Source: the human T2T-CHM13v2.0 reference genome, Homo sapiens
Assembly: GCF_009914755.1 (NCBI RefSeq)
Contig: NC_060940.1
Reading direction: 5' to 3' (one strand)
Length of the DNA stretch: 64,000 bases
The position numbers and the translations under genes are program-made. A model generated the notes under the pieces. The model searched no databases and was not told the origin of the DNA. It saw only the letters and a list, made by a program, of their open reading frames with translations. Below, in pieces: positions 26,806-40,830 of this stretch (position 1 is the first letter of the stretch; each line of letters opens with the position of its first letter).

Positions 26806-29319
26806 GCCCACAGAGTAACAATTATCTGGTGCTGAAACTTGAAAGTCAGTGTATTTTATTTTTTTTCAATTCTTTGAACATTGGCAATGTATGAAACTTT
26901 ATGAATTTGGAAACTGATTAACCAGTGTACACCATTTTCTGATGTCAAAAGAAAGGCAGAAGAAGAAATTGGTGGGTCTTGCCATAAATATAAGTGGAGT
27001 TTACATGACATTACCCCTTGAGGTGTTTGTCTTCAAAGTGGTATTTCCTTTTGAAATATTAATAGCTAGTTAACCATTGTTCACAGAGCTTCAATTACTC
27101 TAACCTTCAACCTTTATAGAAGATAAGAACACCTCTAGCCAAAGAATAAAAATTATTTTCCAGGATGCAGTAGTGTGGCCAGATCAATATCACCCCAGGG
27201 AAGGGGGTAAAATCACGTTGAGGACAGATGTGGTGCAGAGCATATACCTGCACTTGGGAAAGCTCCTGTGAGCCAGTTGGATGGTGCCTGGATTCTAATG
27301 GTGACAATGGATGATGTTCGGTGATTGTCAGCTATTGAGAAAACCTCTCGGTCACACTTGGTGATTGTGTGTTATGCTGTTCACATTGAGTGAATGTTTT
27401 GGGATGTTCTCAACACTCCTTTGCATCCCTGAACAAATCCTGATGAATTAGTCATGGGACTCTACTTTCTTAGGCTCAATTAGGCCTCTAGGGCGGGGAC
27501 CCCTTTGTGGAGCTGCTTTGAGCCCCATGATGTCTCTGGCTGGGGTAAGAGCTGAGCGATTGGCTTGTGTTGAGGCTGAGCTTGTGGGTTACCATGTCTG
27601 CACCCACCTCATGGAATGTGGAAATAAAAGGACATAAACACAAAAAACATCATCCTTTTAAAAACTCAGGACTGGATCTTTAGTCTTCTAACATATAGTG
27701 CCCAAAAATGGCTCTGGCAAGCAATCAAACATGTACAGAAGACAAGAAAAGACAACAACCTAAAAAAAAAAATATTAGGAGATAAATCCAGCTATCCTAG
27801 GAGAATCTCCCTGGAGGTCATCTTGTCCAGCCCCTTGCCTCTAGACAGGTTGGCCCTGGCCCCATCTCAGAAGGATGGAGGCTTGTTCTCTTTACTGGGC
27901 CTTGTCCCCCTGTCCCCCACCAGTGCCCCCAGGCATAGCGGGGGATTTTGTATCATTGGTCAGCACAGCCTTTTTGTTTGCCTGTGGGCTGTGAACCTCT
28001 GGCCAGTCCTTCAGAAACCCCTCACCAGCCTCTCCCCTCCCTAGTGAATGTCTCTTTATTATTTGCCCATGATCAGCTTCTCAGAGCACCCCTGACTTTT
28101 ATTTTCTCCCCACGAACATTATCTATTTGTCCAATTCATCCCAAAATAGCCAGGCCCAGCCATCCCATAATACCCCGATCCTGTGTCACTCAAAACCGGG
28201 GCCTGGCAGGAGCTCTGAGCTCTTCTTCCTGTCCCTTTCTCTTCTTTAGTAAGCACACCTCGGGCTTCAGTCAATGCTGCTCCTCCAGATTCATGAGTTT
28301 GCTGGTTCTGCAGCAGGCCCGGATCCTGGCAGATAAATCTCCCCCGGAGCTGTCAGCATAGACAGAGGTGAAAGGCTCAGCTGGGTCCTCAGAGAGGTGA
28401 CTGTGCAGACACCAGATTTATCACCCACCCTGTCCCCTAGGGCATCACTTCCTTGACCTTCGGGATGATACAGACACCAGGGTATGGTTTTTTGTTTCTG
28501 TGAGGGACTTAGATGTCAAAGGTACTGTTTCCAGAGATCCATCCCCCAACTTTGTCCTTGGTGACAAATGGAGAGACTGGCCACGTGGGAGGCGAGGGAC
28601 ACTTTGGTTCCCCAAGGAAGGAGTGGCTGTGCTGCTGGCCTCACTGAGGACTCACCAGAACTGGAGGGAAATGCACTGATTTCTTGCATGCCCTCCAGGG
28701 CCACTCTGGGTTAATTTTAGCTGCTTCTATGCCCCCGTATGGGCCACACATTTTTCCTCCTTAACCACGTCCAAGGCTGTCTTCTCGCGCAGCCTCGGGG
28801 CCTTCCCAAGCGAAATTGAGACATGTGCTTATGACAGTGTGTTTCCATGAAGACAGATCACTCTCCCTCCAAGGTCAAAGCTCCCGCTGGCCAGGCTCTT
28901 TGGCAAACAATCCGTCAAGCAGGGCAGCGGGCAGCAGACACTTAGCTCTCAGGCCCCTCGCTGGCCGCCTCGTCAAAGCTGTTCAGAGGATTACTGTGCC
29001 CTGCAGAACTTTTCTCTTTCCACTGTCTGTCGGTGTCTCCCCTCCTGCCCCACCCGGCCCTCCCCACACAGAGGGATAAGCTGGCATAATATCAGAAATT
29101 ATGACAGGGATCCAGAAGGCAAAACAAATCTTTATGCAGAAATTGGGAAATTTCTCAGTCATTTTGCAAGGCAAGAGTCGTGGTCCCTCATGAGGTTAAA
29201 ACAAACCAAACAGAACAGTGAAGACATAACTTGCTGGGCCTCTAACCCATGCACTGGCAGGGCCTGGGGCTTGCTCTCCGCTAGCCTATGGCACAGTGCC
29301 TGACATGTGTGAACCTCCT

Positions 29320-30142
29320 TTCTTTGTTTATTCAACATTTATTAAACTCCTACTATTGGTCTGTTACATGGTCTCTGCCCTCTTGGAGCTTAACGCCTTG
29401 TAGAAGTTGTCAAACCATCAAGAAGTGGAAGACAGAGATGGGAGATCATGGACTGGGAAAAGTGTTACAAAGGTTACCCTGGTGGGCACCCTCTAAGATG
29501 GTCCCCAGTGATTTTGCCTTCTGGTAGTCATAAAAAGTGTGACTTCTGTTTTGCTTGTCACCAATCTCTCTCTCTCTCTCAGACCTCCCTCTGATGGAAG
29601 CCAGCGGCCACATGTGCATATCCCTATGAAAGTTCCATGTGACAAGAAGCTGATGTCTGCAGCCAATGGCCAGCAAGGACCCCAGGTCTATCAGCAGCAT
29701 CGAGGATGAGCTTGGAAGTGGGTCCTTCCTCATTTGAGCTTTGAGATGACCACAGCCTCAGTCAATGCCTTGCTTCCAGTCTGTGAGCCAGCCTGAGGCA
29801 GAAAACTCAGTTAAGCTGAGGCTGAATCCCTGACCCACAGAAACTGCAAGATAGTAAGTATTTATTTTCAAGCTATTATATTTTAAGGTATTTTTTTTCT
29901 ACAGAGGAATAGATTACTAATGTAGGTATCAAATGGAGTTTTCTGATAGAGATTTATTTGCAGAGGAAACCCCATTTGAATGGGTCAGCCAGGAAAGGCC
30001 TCACTGAGGGCATAACATTGAAGGTGAGGATTGGTGGATAAGTAGGACCAGTCATATAAAAAGCTGGAGGAACAGCATTCCAGACAAAGGGAATAGCATG
30101 TGCAAAGACTCTTAGGCAGGAAAGAGCTTGGGTTATTTTAAG
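29320..30142 (-). mobile_element. L2 fragments flanking the MLT1
   Basis: TTCAACATTTATT...; GGAAAGGCCTCACTGAGG...AGCATTCCAGACAAAGGGAATAGCATGTGCAAAG. Confidence 0.7.
29480..29925 (+). mobile_element. MaLR LTR, MLT1E/F-like, inserted in an L2
   Basis: CTCTAAGATGGTCCCCAGTGA...GAGCTTGGAAGTGG...GACCCACAGAAACTG...TAGATTACTAATG. Confidence 0.8.
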
Positions 30143-30155
30143 TCTTGTGGTTTGA

Positions 30156-30431
30156 GGCCAGGTGCGGTAGCTCACACCTGTAATCCCAGCACTTTGGGAG
30201 GCTGAAGCAGGTGAATCACTTGAGGTCAGGAGTTCAAGACCAGCCTATTCAACATGATGAAACCCCATCTCTACTAAAAATACAAAAATTAGCCAGGTGT
30301 GGTGGAGGCTGAGGCAGGAGAATTGCTTGAACCCAGGAGGCGGAGGTTGCAGTGAGCTGAGATCACACCCTGCACTCCAGCCTGGGTGAGAGAGTGAGAC
30401 TCCATCTCAAAAAACAAACAAACAAACAAAA
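30156..30431 (+). mobile_element. AluSz-like with about 30-bp right-arm deletion
   Basis: ATCACTTGAGGTCAGG; GGTGTGGTGG joins directly to AGGCTGAGGCAGGAG. Confidence 0.93.
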
Positions 30432-30776
<345 letters not shown>

Positions 30777-30859
30777 GAGTTATGGCTTTAGAGTTAAGAG
30801 TAGTATCCGAACACTATGCTATCTCCTTTATTTCACTGTCTTTATTCTTTAACTCAGCT

Positions 30860-31360
30860 TTGAAAAGTGGGCATTAATATTCCATCTAATTCCTGGGAAA
30901 ACAGAGGCAGAGATTTCAGTCACTAGCTGAAAGATTTCAGTCACAGACAGAAAGAGGCAGGGTGTGGATTCAAGCCTAGGCTTCTCTGAATCTAGAACTT
31001 GTGTGATCATTCTGCCTCTTAATACCACTTGCTTCCATTCAACCACTTCTTAGACATCCCCCAATCTCTTGCGTTGTCTGAGTTGTTTGAGGTACATATA
31101 GTTTCTGTCCTGAAGTAGCTCACAATTTGGAGAGAGAGATAGATGCTGACAGCTAACATTTTCCCAGGGCTTTACTCATCTGTTCCTCATAAAAGCCCTG
31201 CAAAGCAGCTGGCATGGGGGAAAGGTACCCATTTAAAGAGAGAGAAGGTGAAGCCCAGAGGGCAATAAATGATCAGCACGAGGGCACATTGTTAGGAGGG
31301 AGCAAAATGAGATCTTGACCCCAGAGCCTCTGCCCCTGATTTTCAAACCCTTTCCTCTAC
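30860..31360 (-). mobile_element. Two reverse MIR fragments
   Basis: GGGAAAACAGAGGCAGAGA...GGATTCAAGCCTAGG; CCTCATAAAAGCCCTG...TGAAGCCCAGAGGG. Confidence 0.55.
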
Positions 31361-31463
31361 CCCACATGGCTCTATGGTCCACAGGATGCCTCCAAGAAAG
31401 GCGGAGAATACTTTCTAAAGTCAAGACCACCCCCTTCAGAATCCAGCACTTGTACAAAACTAG

Positions 31464-31758
<295 letters not shown>

Positions 31759-32216
31759 CTAAAACTAGATTTTTATGAATTGCTGGTGTTCAAATTGTGG
31801 CATGTGAGTGTAGGATAACCTTTGCACAACAGCTGAATATGGGATCATCATTTATGCTACATGAAATTCTTCAACTTTACAGCTTTCACCATTGGCTTTG
31901 CTTAAATAACTAGACTTTCTGGCTCATTACTTTGAAACACTTGAGGAACAGTCAAAATTTGCAGGGCTGCTTTTATCTTGCAAAGTGAATCACTTACCTT
32001 TCATCACTTACCTACCTCTCACTACTCTTTTAGTCTTAGTTTAGATGCAACTTCCTCAGCAAGGCCTTGTCTGACTTTCCAACCAAATGAGGTCTACCCT
32101 GTTAGGCTTTCACATTAGCACCCTATGTATCTCCTTCTTAGCCCTCACTCCAATATATTACTATATATTAACTTGGGAGTCTATCTACTCAATGTCTTCC
32201 ATACTAAACTGTAAAC

Positions 32217-32492
32217 CAAGGGTCCTCAACCCCCGGGCCGATTACTGCCTGAGCTCCACATCCTGTCAGATCAGTGGCAGCATTAGACTCTCAAGAATGA
32301 CAACCCTATTGTGTAAGTTTTCCCATACTGTACATGCCAGGGATCTAGGTTGTGTGCTCCTGATGAGAATCCAATGACTGATGATCTGAGGTGGAACAGT
32401 TTCATCCCATAACCACCCCGCTACACCTGGTCCTTGGAAAAATTGTCTTCCATGAAACTGGTCTCTGGTGCCAAAAAGGTTGGGGACAGCTG
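32217..32492 (+). mobile_element. MER1B hAT-Charlie element with internal deletion, nested in an L2 (about 32020-32600)
   Basis: TGTCAGATCAGTGGCAGCATTAGA...GAAACTGGTCTCTGGTGCCAAAAAGGTTGGGGAC; 8-bp TSD CTGTAAAC / CTGTAAAT. Confidence 0.92.
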
Positions 32493-32876
32493 CTGTAAAT
32501 CTTATGCCAACAGAGCAAGTCCATTTGCAGCTTACTGTTAAATATCTGTCCAGCCCAGTGTTTGGGACAGGGTTGGGATCCAGTGAATTTTGTTGAATTA
32601 AAATGATGCAATTTGACCTATCACAAACAATCTGGGGAGGCACTTTGCTGAGTTGTGTGCATGGGGAAGATGGAAGGAATACCTCTGGGGTGGGAGTGAC
32701 ATTGGACTTGAACAACCAGAATATTACAACAACAAAAATACTAACAGTAACTAACATTTGTTGAACATTCACTATGTTTCCACAAGTGTTTTAAGTATAT
32801 CATATGTTAAATAGTTTCAAGCAGTGATTTAGAGACAGCTGTTTTTTTGCATACAGATTTTCTCACATGTGAGTGA

Positions 32877-32975
32877 TAAGGTGACCAACTTGTCCTGGTT
32901 TGCCTGGGCCTGTGAAAATCTAGCATTCCAGGAACCATCCCTCAGGCTCAGGCAAAACATCCTATGTTTCCTTCC
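32877..32975 (+). mobile_element. MER81/MER94-like hAT-Blackjack MITE
   Basis: AAGGTGACCAACTTGTCCTGGTTTGCCTGGG. Confidence 0.65.
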
Positions 32976-33008
32976 CATCCTACTGAGGGAAGATAGGGGA
33001 CTGTAGCC

Positions 33009-33140
33009 AAAAAAAAAAAAAAAAAAGGATTTATAAGAGAAAGGGGAGAGAGGAGAGAGGGGGGAAAACCAGCAGAGAATCTGGGAATAGTGAATCTTGT
33101 TTGCTTTTGGCAGGTTTATGTGTGTGTGTGTCTGTGTCTA
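33009..33140. repeat. Poly(A), purine-rich tract and short (TG)n
   Basis: A-run 33009-33027, GA-rich to 33068, TG repeat at 33119. Confidence 0.85.
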
Positions 33141-33939
33141 TGTCACTGGGGAGGGGTAAACTGATTAGTTAGCAGCTAGAACAGAGGCCAGGCTATGCAT
33201 TCTGTCCTTGAGCAGGACAGATAGGGAGATTAAAGCAAACAATTTTAATTGTTTATGGTTTCTCCAGAAAACTCTGAGTTTAGCTGTGCAGCGCTATGTG
33301 GTGGGCTGCTTTGTGCTGTCCTGGCTGGATCCTTCCACCAACACTTCACCTAAGTTGGACCAAGTCTTCACCATGTGTTAAGCACAGTCTCTTAAGAAAT
33401 TAAGTATAAACACCAGGCATGGGGAACACAGAAACAGGGAGACCTCCATTCTAAAAATGAGGGAAGAGGAATTGGCATTAGGAAGGGAAGGTGTTTATTC
33501 TCCCTGCCCTTCATGTGAAAAGCTTCAGCCCTCAGTTACCTGCCCCAAATAAATGCCACTCTGAGTCATCAAAGTGTTCATGGAAGCTCTGAGTGTTTGT
33601 TTATGGAACTTGCGGTCCCTTGAGGAAGTTCTGCTCACCCCGTGGTGCAGGCAGATGAGGGTTGCATGCTTCTGAATGAAGATTCTAGACACAGGTAATG
33701 CTTGTCTGTAGAAACACTCTGTGTTCCCAGATAGCAGACAAAGAAGTGGAAAATGCATTTCTCAATGACTTGAAAACACATCCTGGGTCCTAAGGATGCG
33801 AAGGATTCCTAGATGTAACCAAAAATGCTCTCATTCTTGCATGGCTCCCAAAGCTGTCCGATTTTAGAAGAAAGATTTGTATAGAGAAAGAGGTGGGAGC
33901 AGGAAGGCTGAGTTCTTCATTCTTTGCTTTGATCTTTCA

Positions 33940-34135
33940 AAGCCATTCCTTTCTTCATTCTCTCATTCACTTTTATTTATATTTATTCATTCATTTGCTC
34001 ATTAATTCCTTTATTTTTACACATTCACGGGTTTGCTTTTTGCTTTATGTGTTTATTCTCCCCACCCCTACCCCATTCTTGTAAGTTTTTACTGAGCACT
34101 TTCTATGTGCTCAGTGTTGTGTTGAGTGTTCTGGG
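33940..34135 (-). mobile_element. L2 3' end with expanded (TTCA)-like tail
   Basis: ATTCATTCATTT tracts then TTTACTGAGCACTTTCTATGTGC. Confidence 0.65.
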
Positions 34136-34799
34136 CCAGAAGGGGGTCCCTTCCTTAGGGAGTGCTCCTTCCCACTGGGGTGTCAGACTCCTCCCCCAAA
34201 TTTTAATCCATGGCAGCTTGGACAGAGTTCCAGCAGTTAGCCTTGGAGGATGTCCATCTGGGATCACTGGTCACTGCAGCTTCATAATGAGGTCCTAGAG
34301 GCTCTCCAGAGTCATTAGAGGCCTTTGTGACCATGCCTCTGGAGACTGGGCCCTAAAAGGAGGTCAATATGATAGTTCTGACCTAAAGGTGGATTTTCTC
34401 CTGGCTGAGTCATATTGGGAAGGTTTTCATTGGCCATGTGTAAAGGGTGATGATACAAGTAAGTAGGATCTGATTAATGTGAGCAGCCCTGTCTACGCAG
34501 CTTCAAGCATCTGAGGCTCCAGAGATAGGATTGTATTTGTCCCAAATTTCTCAAAATAAACTACAGGAAACCAAACTGAGAGGGAGTTCAGGGGCCACAC
34601 AACAAAATTCCAAGGCAGGCTGGCCAAGGCTGAGTGTCCCGTCTTCCTGTGCTCTGCTGAGCACTCGGCTGTGCTATAAACTAGTCCTGGGCTAAGCATG
34701 GGGAGGGGGGACTCAGGAGGGGAAAAGCAGCAACTCAGCCCCTGCTTTTGAAGGGTACAAGAAAATAACATGGAACACAAAATAACCAACACTTTTATA

Positions 34800-34970
34800 C
34801 CATTTTTTCTTTACAATGCTGTTCTCATTTGGACCTTACTTGGGCTGAGTGAGGAAGTGGAATATTATTCCTTTCATTTTACAAGTGAGGTGAGTTACAC
34901 AGCTAGTAGAGAGCAGAGTCTGGATTTGAACCCAGGCCTGTGTGATTCCAAATGGGTGTCAGTGCCATGA
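34800..34970 (-). mobile_element. MIR SINE
   Basis: CATTTTACAAGTGAGG...ACACAGCTAGTA...GGATTTGAACCCAGGCCTGTGTGATTCCAAA. Confidence 0.8.
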
Positions 34971-35994
34971 ACCCATATCATAGGATGTAACAGGTAAGAG
35001 CTAGGTTATGACCATCTTAGGGGGACTTGGAGATAGGGAGAGGATACTGTGGCTGACCATAGTCAGAGGAGGCTTCTTGAAGAAGTTGGAGTTTCCCTTG
35101 GGTGGTAGAGTCAGAACTGGTTATAAATTTACCTTTCCTTTACCCTCCCAGCCTCCTTGATGAAGCAGGGAATGGGTTTCACCTGCCAGCTCCCTTGTCT
35201 GCCTGGGAAATGAGAAACATATCTTTCATTCCTCATTAATGTCAAGGGCATAAGACCTGAATGGCTCAAAGAATTTAATCTTTCAACAGGCAGTTTTGCC
35301 TGAGAGCAGAAATAAGAAATGACATGGAGTCTTTTCTATGGGTAAATATAATTAGACTGACTGTCATATACTAAATCCTCCCTAAGTCCCCATACTCACG
35401 TGGCTAAAGGAACCTGCTGGCTTTTGGTGACTCTTGAAACCAAGAACCTTTGCCAAGGCTACAGTCATTTGATTTACCTCAGAAGCAATCCAACATTACA
35501 AGACAAGTTTTGCATTTTCAATATGCAGAGATTAATTTACATGCAGAGCTAATTAAGCAATTGAAACACCCACTAATTGATTATTACATGAAAAAGAACA
35601 CATCAATTTGAAGAAATACACTCTATAAGACTGTATCATATTTGCAAACTTAATTGCCAAGTGGAAATTCCTCTTCTAGTGGCTAACACCCTTAACCAAT
35701 TACCTTTGCTGGAATGGTCTTTCATTCCTAGAGTCCAGCAGCACTTGTAAGGAAAACTTTGGTCTCTGCCTTTTCAAACTCAAAGGCAGAAAACACAATA
35801 ATTTGGCCTGGTTTCTACATCTAGCACAAGACTGATTCATAGTAGGAGTTTATAATAAATGCTTGTGAATAAATGTCCAAAAAGTCTGCCACTGTTATTT
35901 CCCACTTATTTTTTATTACGAGAATTTTGCTGGACGACACTCCTGTAAGACATTGTTGTTATCCTCAGTTTTGCAAAATAAATAATTAGCATAG

Positions 35995-36950
35995 AGAATA
36001 GACAACCTACAGAATGGGAGAAAATATCTGCAAGCTATGCATCCAACAGGTGACTAATATTCAGAATTTATAAGGAACTCAAACAATTCAACAAAAACAA
36101 AAATAAATAATACCATTAAAAAGTGGGCAAAGGGCATGAATAGACATTTTTCAAAAGAAGGCATACACATGGCCAACAGGCATAGGAAAAATTGCTCAAC
36201 ATCCCCAATCATCAGAGAAATGCAATTAAAACCACAATGAGATATCATCTTACACCAGTGACGACAGCTATTACTAAAAAGACAAAAAATAACAGATGTT
36301 GGTGAGGATATAAAGAAAAGGGAACTCTTATATACTGTTGGTGGGAATGTAAATTAGTACAACCTCTATGGAAAACAGTAATTTTCAAAGAACTCAAAAT
36401 AGAACTACCATTTGACCCAGCAATCCCACTACTGGGTATCTGCTCCAAGGAAAATAAATCGTTATACAAAAAAGATTCCCGCACTCCGTATGTTTATCAC
36501 AGCACTAATCACAATAGCACAGTCATGGAACCAACCTAAGTGTCTACCAGTGGATGATTGGTTAAAGAAAATGTGACACATGAGCAAAATGGAATACTAT
36601 TCATCCATAAAAAATGAAAAAATGTCTTTTGGAGCAACAAAGACGGAACTGGAATCTGTTATCTTAAGTGAAACAACTCAGAAAGACAAATATGGCATGT
36701 TCCCACTTGTGAGTGGGAGCTAAATAATGTATATACATGGACATAGAGTGGAATGATAGACAACAGAGACTTGAAATGGTGGGAAGTTGGAAGGTTGGGA
36801 GGGGAATGAGGAACGAGAGGCTACTTAATGAACATAATGTACATTATTTGGGTGATGGGTACTCTAAAAGCCTTGACTTCACCACTATGCAAGCTATGCA
36901 TATAACAAAATTACACTTGTACCACATAAATTTGCATGCACACAAAACAA
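35995..36950 (+). mobile_element. L1PB4/L1MA1-like 3' fragment inserted in a reverse MIR
   Basis: GACAACCTACAGAATGGGAGAAAAT...ACCACAATGAGATATCATCT...GGTGATGGGTACTCTAAAAGCCTTGACTTC. Confidence 0.92.
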
Positions 36951-37179
36951 GAGATGGCATTCACAGAAGTATAGTAACTAATTTAAGCTAGCAAGGGGTG
37001 GAGTTGGGTTTTGAACTCAGGTCTTCTGACCGCAGGTTTAATAATTTTTCAGGAGGGAAGGAAGGGGGTCAGTTCTCAGAAAGTGGAGGCAAGAGCAGCC
37101 AAGCCAACAGAAGTCTTCTATACAAGCTGTGATGTCATCCAAATTGACATTCCCAAGAAAAAGTAGTGATGAAGCGTGC

Positions 37180-37410
37180 TAGAAGGCTGTTCTAGATGTG
37201 GAATCCGAGACCTAAGCTTGGATCTAAATTCTACCACTGACTTGATGCATGGCCTTAGAAAAGTCATTTATCCTCTTTAAACCTCAGCTCCTTTAATGGA
37301 AAAGTGGGATAATAACATTCGAGTTATTCTGAGGTTCAGATAAAAGCAAGGATAAAAAGGATACTGAAAATTCTGCAGTAAAGTACAATATTTGGAGCTC
37401 TTAGAGAAAG
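37180..37410 (+). mobile_element. MIR SINE
   Basis: GGCCTTAGAAAAGTCATTTATCCTCTTTAAACCTCAG...GTGGGATAATAAC. Confidence 0.7.
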
Positions 37411-38425
37411 GTGGGTGATATAGAGGTGAGAGGAAGGGAACTTTCTGGTGAGCTTTGCGGAATTCCTTCCCCATGTTGGAGGCCGGTTCTGCAAAGGCTC
37501 CATTAGCTTGGGACCTGGCACTGGGCTGGTTGGGAGACCCTGGAGTCCCTCTCTTAGGGGGAAGCGTTGGAGTATCCTTTCTAAAGTTCCCTTTTCCCTG
37601 TAGCCAGAGACTTGGCATGCAGCCCACCCAAGCTCATATTAAATGTAAGCTTCCAACATTATGATCAAGTGACAGCTTCTAATTGGTGTTCTTATTTCCT
37701 GGTATTCACATTTTATTTTATCCAGGGCTTCAAAACTGATAATCTCAACATGGGTTCTAAGAACAACTGGAACCAACTGAAAACAACTCCTGAAATTCAG
37801 CAATAATGTAGAAATGAGGAGTTCCTTTACCCCCAGGCAGGAGGCAGTATACATTCAGACATTTGGTAGGGTTTTCTGCCTCCTTCCTCGGCTGCTCCAC
37901 ATTTGGGCCTCTGCCTGATTCACGATCAGGACATCTGCATTTGTGTTTACAACCAGCAAAGGTCACTCCCAGATTGTGGGCTGTTGGCAGGTTTATAAAC
38001 ACAGGCTGGCCAATAGATAGACACGTCTCCCCCCACAGAGGGGATGTAAATTTTTCTTTGTAAATGGAGTCAAGCTGTTTGTTGCAATCATTCACGTGGG
38101 AACGCATAGCCGTCAGGGGAGGGAGGCTGCTCCACTCCCCGCTGACTCACCCCAGCTCTGAACAGTGGAATTCCAACTTGTGCTCCACGTGGGACCTTGC
38201 GGTCTTGATGAGCCAGAAACCTGACAGCCATCTTAGACTTCTTTCCTCAAACCCAGTCCCACTGATTCTTCTCTGGAGTATTTCTCCCCTACACTTCATC
38301 TCCGTAGCCATCACCCTGTCCAGGCCACCAGTGTCTCTTGCCGACATGACTGCATCACTCTCCTAACTAGCTTCCCTGCCTTAAATTTTTCTCCCCAATT
38401 TGATCATGTCACTCCCTGCTTCAAA

Positions 38426-39140
38426 CCACTGCATACATATTAGAATGGCTGACATAAAAAATACATTCAAGTACTGATGAGTATACAGAGCAACTAGAAT
38501 GCTCATACATTGCTGATGAGAATGCAAAACGGTACAGCCATTCTGGAAAACAGTCTGGCAGTTTCTTGAAAAGGTAAACACATGTATAACATATGACACA
38601 TTTATAACAAGTGATCACACTCCTGGGTGTTTTCCCTAGAGAAATGAAAAATTATGTTCATACAAAGACCTGTACACAAATGTTTTTAGCAGCTTTATTT
38701 ATAATTGCCCCAAACTGGAAACAGCAAAAATGACTTTCAACAGAGGAATAGCTAAAGATCCATGCGATTGAATACTACACAGCAATAAAAAGGCCAACTT
38801 TTGGTACATGCAGCTACATGGATGAATTTTGAAGATATTATGGTGAATGAAAGAAGCCAATCTCATAAGGTTACATATTATATAATTCTATTTATATGGC
38901 ATTACCAGAAAGACAAAAATATAGTGATGGAAAACGGATTAGTGATTGCCAGGGGTTGGGTGTTAGGGGAGGATGTGACTGTAAAGGAAGTTTTTTTGGG
39001 GATATGAAACTGTTCTGTATCCTGATTAGATTGGTGATTTACATGAACCTATACACGTGTTAAAATTCATAAAACTGTGCAATAAAGGAAAAAAGTCAAT
39101 TTTACCATATAATAACTTAAAAATAAAATTTAAAAAATAC
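38426..39140 (+). mobile_element. L1ME/MD-type 3' fragment
   Basis: GCAACTAGAATGCTCATACATTGCTGATGAGAATGCAAAACGGTACAGCCATTCTGGAAAACAG...GAAACTGTTCTGTATCCTGAT. Confidence 0.88.
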
Positions 39141-39178
39141 CCTTTGGGCAAAAACGTAAATTTTTGGAATGGTATTAG

Positions 39179-39541
<363 letters not shown>

Positions 39542-39859
39542 TGATCTTTATGCACTAGAAATAACAAAACACCTGTAGCACCCCAAACGCACTATGCAAT
39601 CTTGTCTCCATGTTGTGCCTTCTACCTTACTGATATAGAAAACTACTCTTCATCCTTCAAAACCTTACTCAGAGCTAGCTTCTTCCATGCAGCTATTATG
39701 TTTTGACTTCTCACCACCATATTTAAGCATATCCTCTTCTGTACTACTTCCATATCTTGTAAATTCTTTCACTACTGTGTCTTACACCTCATTATAATGG
39801 GCTAGTGCCAGCTTCTCTGTGCAGGCCATGATGTTCCACTTTTTGTCCTGGGATCTTCT

Positions 39860-40200
39860 CTGACAGTGTGGGAGCCAGCTTGGCCCGTGCTCAACCAGAA
39901 CCCAGAAGTGGGTGGGTGTCACCTGAGGCAGCTCTCAACCACTAGGGGCAGAACCAGGCGGATAAGTGCTCTGCTGGTGGAGAGTTCTGGGTGGTGGTCT
40001 GGATGCCTCTCAGGGGTCTGGCAGAATTGAACCCTAGTTGTCCATGGCAGTAGCTGGAACAACACCCCAATGTACTGGCTTCTTCTCCTTCCTGGGCCAT
40101 TCTCTTTACTCCTTCATACCTGCTTACTGGGATCATGTCCCAAATAAGCCACCTGCACCCAAATCCTTGTCTTAGGCTCCACTTTTGAGGGAATCGATCT
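39860..40200 (+). mobile_element. ERVL LTR, LTR16A-like
   Basis: CTGGGATCATGTCCCAAATAAGCCACCTGCACCCAAATCCTTGTCTTAGGCTC matches the LTR16A 3' end. Confidence 0.75.
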
Positions 40201-40423
40201 GCCATACCTTATTCTCTAGTACGGCCTGGGTAGGGGGTAGGTCTGCAAGAGAAGTTTTCCCAGCAGAGCTCCGTTCTCAGAGTCAGGAGATCATGGCTCT
40301 GACCTTTTCTGTTTCAGCGACCTCAGAAAAGTCTGCCCTTCAGTCTCAGTTTCCCAACTGGACTAGCCACTCTTTGTGTGATGTCCTTCAATTCAGTTAT
40401 AAATTCACTCCTTGGATCAGGCC

Positions 40424-40830
40424 CTGTCACAGGTTAAATTTTCCAGAAGCCGAGGCTGAGATGGTTTGGAGTGCAAAATATTTATCAGGAAGCAACTCCT
40501 GTGAAAGGAAGTGGGAGAAAGCAGGGTGGAATAGAGGAAGGAGTCAAATGGCATTGGAGGCCTGACAGAGCATTGGCCAACCCAGTACAAGAGGTACTTG
40601 CTATCTCTCGGACATGACCTGTGCCCATCAGAAGAGCTGGGCATTTGTATCCCTCAGACCGTATGACTGGGCATGGGCTGCTCTGGGAAGGGTGTGGCTT
40701 CAGGTGAGGCAGCTCTCTGCAGCTGAGGCTGACTCTGAAGGAGCTACAGGTTGAAGCCATCTGTTGGCCACACCTTCTGCAGTTGGGCAGTAAGATGTGG
40801 TCAGCCAGAGATAACACATCTTAGTGCCTC
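40424..40830 (-). mobile_element. ERVL LTR, LTR16C-like
   Basis: CTGGGAAGGGTGTGG...GAGGCAGCTCTCTGCAGCTGAGG...TGAAGGAGCT; reverse homolog of 45-440. Confidence 0.8.

Noticed and set aside
28952-28969. CTCF-like motif (also weak ones near 40756 and 55779)
   Set aside because: Each has three or more mismatches to the CCASYAGRKGGCRS core; not supportable without ChIP data
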